Part shown: piece after piece, positions 55,664 through 64,000 of the stretch
Layout: each line of letters begins with the position of its first letter
How positions within the stretch are numbered: the stretch's first letter is position 1
NCBI GenBank assembly: GCA_045837725.1
Contig: JBEWZL010000276.1
Span: 248,001 to 312,000 of the forward strand
Length of the DNA: 64,000 nucleotides
DNA from: Vermamoeba vermiformis
Taxonomy: Eukaryota
Direction: 5' to 3'
Translations under genes and position numbers: made by a program
The notes under the pieces: model-generated
Seen by the model: only the letters and a program-made list of their open reading frames with translations
Told to the model about the DNA's origin: nothing
The model's database searches: none

Positions 55664-56888
55664 TTAACTCGCTTTGAATGCAGATTCCCTAAAATAGAAA
55701 TCAGCGAGCACGTGATCCTGTTCAGCACGTGACTCATCTTCCAGGGCCTCGTAACACACTGCGCGCATGTGATGGGCCTGCGACAAGAGCTGCGCACGAT
55801 CACGTGACTGCTCGGAGTCCTGTGCTGCGGCGTCAATGCTCTTGGTCGCGAGATTTCGTGCCTGATGCCAATCTCCGCGCAATCTCGCGAGCTGTGCGAT
55901 GGCCAGATAGGCACGTGACGTCCAGTGCGGGGAGTGCGCGGTGTCCACGATGAGCCACAAGTCACTGAGGGCCATCGTCTCTTCGTGCACGCGAATGTAG
56001 GACACTGCGCGCTTGAAGAGAGCCGCACAGAGCACGTGCACGCTGTCAGTGCGGTGATAGGGCAGTTGAGTGCGCGCGGTGTACTGGTACGCGACTGCAT
56101 TGGATGCGACATCGTACTGCGTGCTGGTGGTGTAGTAGAACTCTTTGCTCAGCTCGATGAACTTGCTGAATACACTCACTGCTTCGAGGTGTTGGCCCTT
56201 GAGCTGCAGCACTTCACCCAGGTGCAGCCACAGAGGAGCCAAGTTCGGATGTGTTTCCAATCCGCGCCGTAGCACTTTTTCAGCTGCTACTGTATCACCC
56301 ATTTTCATATAACACACCCCCATGCCATCATAACAACTCGCTTGCTCAATTCTGTGGCCGGTAAGTCATGCGTCAGTCGAGTAGCGAAGGTGCACTTACT
56401 CGTTCAGGTGTTCGCGTTGCGTCAACAGCTTCTCATATAGATGCAGTGCCTCGCGCGCGTGCTCTTCAGCATTGGCACCCTGTTGTTCGACCACTGACAC
56501 CAAGTTGTAAGCTTGTTCGAGCTGCTGCTGCGCTGATCCGTCTGTTTCATTTAGCTTGCTGTTCACATCGCTATTTTTTTGTATCATGTCCGCGTATCTT
56601 GTAGTGCGAGTATGATATAGTCGTTTGGGGCTCGATAGGTTGAAAGTCTCACCATCGTTGGAACAGCGCGATCTCCTTCGTGTTGCAAGCGCATTACTCG
56701 TCTTCAAGTCACACCACAGCGATACTGCATGCGCGCCATTATTATTATTCTTATTATTATGGCCGCTATTATTATTACAGTGGTTGATAGCCAGGCGTTT
56801 GGTTATGCGCGGCACAACACTCAAAAGAAATTAGTTGGATCTGAAAAACGATTAATGGTTCGGTTACTTACCGCCACATAGTAAGCAT
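55664..56888 (-). CDS. TPR-repeat protein, possibly mitochondrial
   Basis: CYDGMGVCYMKMGDTVAAEKVLRRGLETHPNLAPLWLHLGEVLQLKGQHLEAVSVFSKFIEL; Arg-rich N-terminus. The 5' exon assignment needs a GAG acceptor near 56821, so the start is uncertain. Confidence 0.7.
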
Positions 56889-57058
56889 AATATTATTGTT
56901 TAAATAAGTATAATCGCGGCTTTGTTAGTTATTTACAGTAAATAATAGTGTGCTGCTCATTCAGTAATGACGAACATGAAAATATTACTGCGGTGTCATT
57001 CGCGCAAAATCACCCTGCTGCTGACAACAATCGCGTCAGAAGCATTAATAATCGCTTG

Positions 57059-59055
57059 ATGGCAGCACACGACATATTTAAGAAGCTCGGTGGCGGCATC
57101 CACTTCAACACTCGAGTGAATCCGCACGCTCAGGTTGGGATCTGATCGCAACGTTTTTGTAAAGACTAACCATTATTATAGCCCAAAAGTAATGCAGATG
57201 CCAACAAGAAAAATAATAAAGCCGATTTAGACTTTTTTGCAGAGGAAAATGAGACAAATAATGACAACCAGATCCGATCGGGATCCAAAAAAAGAAAACT
57301 CGAAGAGACGGAAGAGAAAGTTACTAACAAGAGACAAAAAATACAAAATGAATATGCTAGTGATGAGGATATTGATGGCGATGAGAACAGCGACCAAGAA
57401 AATGATCAGATCGCGATTCAGAATGCTCCGCAAGTATCGATTGAGTACGATGACAACAAGACTATCGCACCCATCGACAGCTTTCACGATCTGTTGTCGT
57501 TGGGCGTTGACTCGTGGCTCGTAGACGCAATCGAGCAACAAGGCTGGGCCACACCAACACCCATCCAAGCACATCTCTATCCAGTGTGGCTCAATGCCGC
57601 TCAGCGCGTACCTGATATACTCGCACGTGCACCTACTGGCAGTGGTAAGACTGCTGCCTATGTAGTACCTGTGCTACATCACTTGAACAAATTGTTGAGC
57701 GCTGAATCTGACTCGGCCAAGACCACTAAGAAGAACAGCAATGCTAAGAACAGCGCTAAGAACAATCAAAGCAACAATAATCAAAGCAGCACTAAGAACA
57801 CTCCCAAGCCCCTCGCCAGCACCGCTGAGCCCTCAGTGCGCGCACTCATTCTGGCCCCCACGCGCGAACTCACGCAGCAAATTGCACACCTCGCCACGCA
57901 GCTCTTGCAACACGCGCCCAGGGAAATTTCAGTGCACGTGCTCGGCAAGTCGATCAGTCCTGACCTGCGACCTCGTACGTATCCCCAAATAGCAAGTACT
58001 TGCCTAATTTGGTCACTGAATTCTCTGTGCAGAGCTGCTGATCAGCACGCCACAACGCCTGTTGACGCTGATTGACAAGCACAAGCTGGACATCTCGCGG
58101 TACGGTGCCACAGCTGTGTAGCACAATCATAGTGGGACTAACGCGCTGTGTGTAGGGTGCAGTACCTCGTGCTCGATGAGGCCGATCAGCTGCTCAAAGA
58201 AGATTTCATGCGGCAAATTGACACCTTGCTGTCGCACATTGCTGTCCAATCGCGTCACATTGCCCTCTTTTCGGCCACTGTCTCGCCTGGCATTCAACAG
58301 CTCGCTGACACCGTGCTCGTGCATCCCTTCAAGATTCGCATTGGCACTGACAAGTATGCTGGCTAGTGTTACCTTATTTGGCAATCGTGTCTAATTTTAG
58401 CTGCAGACTCGGTGCGGTTGAAACCATCAATCAACGCCTGTTATTTGTGGGCACTGAAGAGGGCAAGTTGATGACACTGCGCCAGATGATTCGTGATGGC
58501 ATTCAGCCACCAGTGCTCATCTTCGTCAACGGCAAGCAGCGCGCGCAGAGTGTGTTCCGCGAATTAATTTACGACTCGGTGATGAGTGACACGAGCAATG
58601 TCAATCTCAAAGTCGATCTCATCAACGGTGATCGCACGCAAGCACAGCGTGATCGCGTGGTGCAGCAGTTCCGCGATGGTCACGTGTGGCTGCTGGTGAC
58701 CACTGACTTGCTCGCGCGTGGCATGGACTTCTTCTCGGAACAAAACGAGTCAGATCCGTTCTTCAGCACTCTGAAAGTCATCAATTTCGACGTACCGAAA
58801 GATGCTACCACCTACATCCACAGAGTGGGTCGCTCAGGGCGCAACGGACAAATTGGCGAGGCGATTACATTCTACACCTTAAAAGACTTGCCCACTCTGC
58901 ACAAGATCATCAATGTCATCAACCACACGGACAACAGCTCCAAGCTGGAAGTACCAGATTGGTTGGTGCATTCAGCGCAGTATTTGAAGAAGAACAAGAA
59001 TTACAAGTACAACATGTTTAACAATCGGCGAGGCAAGAAAGCTGCGAACAAATAA
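57059..59055 (+). CDS. DDX52: DEAD-box RNA helicase DDX52/ROK1
   Basis: MAAHDIFKKLGGGIHF N-terminus, PTPIQ, APTGSGKT, APTREL, LDEADQL, FSAT, QRLLFVGTEEGKL, PPVLIFV, YIHRVGRSGR. Confidence 0.9.
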
Positions 59056-59546
59056 ACAGTTGTTTGGCTATTTAGGTGTGTAGTACTAGTCTAATCACAT
59101 GGAAATTTGTAGCTTAGGGTGAATAGAAACGCTCTGATTCGTCGGTTTTGAAATTAAAGAAACTTCGTTTTCGGGCCAAATGGACAACATTAATTTACAC
59201 GTTAATTGTTGAGTCAACAGTGCACTGTTTACCACAAAGCAAAGTACCCCCGCATCAATATGGCCAATGCAACCAAACCAAGCAAGTAAACTAGATTGCG
59301 ATTGCTGGATGTCGCCCTGGTGCGCGATCGATTGCCGTCACAGCGAGGCCAGGCGGTGCATCACTAGCGGCAAATCGATTTTCCTGGTTTAAATTATAAG
59401 AATAATTATAGCAGTAATAATTAAAATTTATTTCAGCTAGCCGTGACCTTGGCAGCCGTAAAGGAGCTCCAAAAAGTCTCAATGATGGCGTTAAATTTAC
59501 CATTCCAACGGATATTGCAGAGAATTATTACCACCATATTATCCAA

Positions 59547-60878
59547 ATGGACGTTAGAACTATTTCGACCAATTCCGAGTCAACACCGCTGCAATGGAAA
59601 TTATTGGATGCATCTGGCCACGAGCTCCAGTTGGCTTGTTTGCACGGTTCGCTCACCACTCGGGAATTTACCTTGCAAGTCGAGGATAATGGCACCACGA
59701 ACATATATATATTTACTTGCCGTATACTAGCGTACCCTCGCGCACTACCGAGTCCTAGATCAGAATTCAGTACTTTCGACAAGTTCAAGATCTACACTGG
59801 TTATTCGAATGAATCGACATTCGACCCCAAAATAAGATATAGAAAGCAACATGCCGCGCAGTGGATATTAGGCGATGCTTCTCACACAGTGACGATCAGT
59901 AATAAGTACGATGTTTACGAAGTTCAAGCATTTTACGAAAACAATGGCGAACCGTTTCTATGCAGTCCTATATTGCTAGTAGATAGGCACTGGTTACTAT
60001 TTGATTGCGAAACTCATTGCCAGATCGATTTGGAAGAGTTATCGTTGAGAAAAAGAATTCGGGCAAAAATTAATTTTCAGCAAACAGATCTAATTGCCAC
60101 TATTCGATCGATCGACAATGCCAATACTATCAACAACAATAGGGAGATTGTACTGCAAAAAGAAGAGCAAAGCAGCATGTATTGGGGTTACTTCAGCTAT
60201 TACACATATTTCTCATCGACAGCATTAGATCCTGGTCAATATCAGTTCACACTATTAGCAAAAAATCTTAATATAGCCACTACGCGCACAATAACCGTCC
60301 TTGGCGATAACAAACCAACATGGCCGACGATTTTTGGATCGACCACGGATGTAGTAAAATACTCTTTGTCCTCGACAGACGTACAAGAGGGCGAGGACTA
60401 CTATGGCGGACCAGTCGATGTTCCACACGATATATGCCGCGAGTTACAGCTATTTTCTCGCGGCCGGTACAAGTACACTAAGACCGACACGTACCAACAC
60501 ACCTATTACGCGACTGAGTGTAAGAACGAATTGGGATTTTCAGGGCAGTATAGGATTATAGAGAAGGATCAATATAGAGCTGTCATTGGGTTATATCCGG
60601 AGACTAGAAGAACTGCCGAGACCAATTTTGCCTCGCGCCAACCTCTGCCCGATAACATTTTGAAAGATAACGTGGACGAGCAGCGCGCTGCCCCTGCAAT
60701 ATTTTTACCGGAAATTATCGGCAAAATCTCACACGTGCTTGTTGGCAGTGCGGTCAGGGCTAAGCTGCGATTAGTCTGCAAAAAGTGGCTGAACGCGATC
60801 CCGTTGTACGTTGTGGTCGTTGTAACCAACAGCAGATGCACGATGGTTGATTGGGATCTCGCATTGAATAGAGAGTAA
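59547..60878 (+). CDS. Orphan protein (>=443 aa in one exon) with F-box-like motif near the C-terminus
   Basis: Long open frame, open upstream to ~59437 so a 5' exon is possible; IFLPEIIGKISHVL...LRLVCKKWLNAI resembles the F-box consensus. Confidence 0.55.
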   Translation: MDVRTISTNSESTPLQWKLLDASGHELQLACLHGSLTTREFTLQVEDNGTTNIYIFTCRILAYPRALPSPRSEFSTFDKFKIYTGYSNESTFDPKIRYRKQHAAQWILGDASHTVTISNKYDVYEVQAFYENNGEPFLCSPILLVDRHWLLFDCETHCQIDLEELSLRKRIRAKINFQQTDLIATIRSIDNANTINNNREIVLQKEEQSSMYWGYFSYYTYFSSTALDPGQYQFTLLAKNLNIATTRTITVLGDNKPTWPTIFGSTTDVVKYSLSSTDVQEGEDYYGGPVDVPHDICRELQLFSRGRYKYTKTDTYQHTYYATECKNELGFSGQYRIIEKDQYRAVIGLYPETRRTAETNFASRQPLPDNILKDNVDEQRAAPAIFLPEIIGKISHVLVGSAVRAKLRLVCKKWLNAIPLYVVVVVTNSRCTMVDWDLALNRE

Positions 60879-61019
60879 AGGCACCCTTAGTCGTTATTTA
60901 ACGTCAGATCTGTTGCAGCTGCGTCAGTGGAGACCTCTGTACAAATGATCCCGTGTGCAAGTACACATTACGAAATAAATGTACGTTACAAGTGAATGAT
61001 GATTAGTACAGCGTTTCTA

Positions 61020-62540
61020 TTTTTGCAAGAGGCAAAGGCTGCCTTCACCTCCTTTTAGAGGCAATCTCACATTACACCACTGTTTATTACATACTTACTT
61101 TAGGTGGACATGATTTTCTGTCTGTCCATGGACATTGTGTCCACCAGGCTCGCTGTGTCCGCTGATGTTAGTAATTGACCAACTTATGCCAAGCTCTGCC
61201 ATTAGCACCAGTAGTGGACCCAAGAAGTACCACTATTGCATCAGGATGCTGTGGGCTAATCGCTGGAGGCTGAAAATTGCGATGTTCTGCAAAGAACTTA
61301 CGTAGTGGAACATTGTTCTATTTGCTTCAATACCATTTAAACTTTGGATACACCTAGAACTACCACTATATAACAAGAAAAGATAAGTAATCATCAAATA
61401 TATTGTAGTGACAGCAATTTGTAAATTTTCAGCATTAAGTATGAACCCATCCATCAGCACATGTTTGGTACAACACAACTATACGTATTTTATGCATCAC
61501 TGACTTTGGGTACAATACATTGTCACCTAGCAATCCAATTTTTTTTGCATTATCCATACTTTTTGATGTTGAACATGTCCAACTGGTGGCCAACTGTTTT
61601 CTAAATAAAGGATAATCTTCATACTTGTGGTCCAGGTAGCCTTGCAGAGGAGGCTGCAGCCAGAGTGAAGTAATCAGAGATATTCTGCGGATCCTGAGCA
61701 TTAGCAACAATTCCAACTCTACAGAGACCTCTTCCATTTTTCGCATGCCAGCAAAAAGTTAAAAGAAATTACAGTGCAGCTCGTCAGAGGAACTTCACTG
61801 CACACAGCAGATGCCCAATGGAGATGCTCATTTTCTGTCTGATGAAAGCATACAGAAGTCTTCAAGAAGCTGAATGCATGAACAAATTCTCCAAATTGAC
61901 TGAAGAAGATGTTGAACAAGTTACTCAAGAGCTTGCCCGCCTTTATGGGAACTGTAATGCCTACAGTCACCTGCAAGAAATTCCAATGCCAAACGCAAGC
62001 ATTCTGGTGATAGTGACTCTGATGCTTCAGGTCCAAGTTCTCCAAAGAAGCCAGGCTAAACAGGCCCACAGACCAAGCAACATTGCCTCATTCATAATCT
62101 TATCTATACTAGCAATATATCACTACATATAACATAAATAAACAGATTTTATCAAATACCAAAAGTTGTCCGGAAACAAATAAAGTATGTTGGGCATAAA
62201 GTATGTCCAGTACATCCATGACAGACATACCATCCGGGACACTCAAGAACGAGTGGATGTGAGGTCTGTGGTCCAATTTTTTCAGATGGGACAATTGCCA
62301 GAGCAACTTTTATAATGCTCCCTACAAGCAAACAGAGTAAATTTCATTATTAGACTTCACTGGACACCCTGTCCCGTGTGGAAATACAATGCTGCTTCCT
62401 GTCTGTATCTTTGCCCTACCTTAAGGGCTAACCCATTAGCATATCCAGATATATTTGTTCCATAAAGTACTAATGTTTGAGTCATCTACCAATAGAACCA
62501 GATTGTTGATCATGGTTTGTTCCTCAAAACGGAAGAGGTG
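61020..62540. pseudogene. CpG-depleted decayed coding-like island of unknown origin
   Basis: About 16 CpG in 1.5 kb by eye; short broken frames; a + strand fragment ends KRKHSGDSDSDASGPSSPKKPG* followed by AATAAA. Confidence 0.45.
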
Positions 62541-62541
62541 T

Positions 62542-64000
62542 TTATTTGCTTTGTTTAATTTCCAACTTGATATTTTGGTGTGCAAATTTGGCAGCCTCCT
62601 CAGCGACCTTCATCGCCTCCAACAACTCACTTGAGTTCGTGGTGAGTGGTGCAGTCAGGTGCTGGTTGAAGACATCCTCCACGTAGTGTTCGTTGCGCAT
62701 GCCAATCAACATGCAGTCTACAGGTGTTGACAGCACTGCATTGGTGGCCACCAGTGACAGTGAATGCAGCTGTGGCGCACGTGAGGCAAATGCAGGTGTC
62801 TGAATGACAGCGCGGTACACGTGACTGGCCTGTTGATAGCGGTGCTGGGCCAGCAGGGTGAACAGTGTGCTCCACAGTCGCTCGAGGGCGCGCTGATACT
62901 GCTGCAGCCAGGTCTTGAACTCGCTGCTCTGTGGCAACTTGCCATCATCGCCGAGCACGTGATTCAAGTGCGGGGCAACACTGTCGCGAATGAACGACTC
63001 GAACTTGTAGAGGTCAAAGTACGACAGGTGCTTGTGCAGTGTGTGCGCGACATTGATCTGCGCGTCAGGCACGTGATAGGCCGTGGTGGTGGCATACTCT
63101 TGTTCTAATTTTAGCGCATGTTCGAATGCAGCGTGCAACTCCGTAGTTAAGTCTTTGCCTAAATTTAACGGAGTAAGTACGGATCATTTCCTAATTAGGC
63201 AATCACTCACCAGTGGGCTGGATCTCAGGGATCACGAGCCGCGCGAGCTGACCATCAACCAGGGCATTGAGTGGTCGATTGGACAGCGTGACTAATTTGG
63301 CTTGCTGTCGCAGATGTCAGCGATGACACGTGTCACATGTCACAGTGCGTACCTTGGCGCGCTCCACGAGTGACAGTTGACCATTCGTTGACTGCAGTGC
63401 GTCGTGTTCGAGCAAATTGAGCGGGAACTGAATCACGCGGAAGTGATGTTCGTTGCCCTTGACTTTTTTGGCAATGTTGAGCATGCGATCGAGATCGAGC
63501 TGATCACGTGACCAGACATTCGAGGACACGCCGTAGAATTGAATTCTTCCGCGCGCGACTTCCTTTTCGAGCGCTGCAAATGCCTGTTCGAGCGTCGCTT
63601 CCCACACCTGCAAAGATGTATCTGGCCGGAGATAGTGCTCGGGATTGTGCAGGAGATACACGTCCAATGTTTCCAAATTTAGCCGCGCCAGTGTTTGCGT
63701 CAATTGCTGTTCGATCCAGGGCGCGGAGAGACAGTACCACATCTGCTCGGACAATTTTACCATATCTGGAAATGCCTGGCCCTTCGACTCCTGATCACGT
63801 GCCCACTGCAGATTTGAATTCTGCACATAACCAAATTTGGAAATGACAATCAGTTCGTCGCGCTGCACGACCTTGAGATGGCGCGTCATTTCATGAATCA
63901 CATCGCCGATCACGTGCTCGCTGCCACCGTCGGAATAATTCGCGCTGGTGTCAATCACATTGCAGCCCAGCTCCAGTGCGCGCATGCTAAATTAGGCAAG
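62542..64000 (-). CDS. Aldo/keto reductase with C-terminal extension, 5' end outside window
   Basis: ALELGCNVIDTSANYSDGGSE, ELIVISKFGY, LNLETLDVYLLHNPE, GRIQFYGVSSN, IQFPLNLLE, MLIGMRNEHYVED. Confidence 0.88.

Noticed and set aside
61490-61520. CITDFGY as a protein kinase DFG motif in the decayed island
   Set aside because: No HRD/APE or other kinase motifs in a consistent frame; could be chance.
62185-62250. Cys-rich minus-strand fragment CPGWYVCHGCTGHTLCPTYF as a ZZ/DC1 zinc finger
   Set aside because: Short, with an incomplete ligand set and no supportable gene model.

Overview
Gene-dense eukaryotic (protist, probably amoebozoan-like; taxon is inference) nuclear DNA. It holds about 27 protein-coding genes with short GT-AG introns (mostly ~45-60 nt), very short intergenic spacers and many head-to-head pairs. 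Recognisable genes: PPIL2, NELF-C/D, a filamin-repeat protein, AAGAB, GCP5, a TPR-RING protein, AGPS, DAP1-like, SnoaL-like, IDH3 alpha, ACY1, DUF2207, an MFS transporter, PEX11, a calmodulin-like protein, MSH3, TELO2, two aldo/keto reductases, MED23, a cytochrome P450, PWP2, PNKP, DMXL/Rav1, a TPR protein, DDX52 and an orphan with a C-terminal F-box-like motif. I found no rRNA, tRNA, CRISPR array or intact mobile element. Four signals stand out. (1) A highly iterated palindrome, CACGTG / TGACACGTGTCA, in introns, exons and promoters, reminiscent of cyanobacterial HIP1, with a 4x tandem array upstream of DMXL. (2) A sharply bounded ~1.5 kb CpG-depleted decayed island (61.0-62.5 kb) in otherwise CpG-rich DNA, suggesting targeted cytosine methylation. 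(3) Six apparent +1 frame discontinuities, most likely assembly insertion errors. (4) Several intron-containing genes from mainly bacterial families. Gene models and counts were made by eye, so exon boundaries are approximate.
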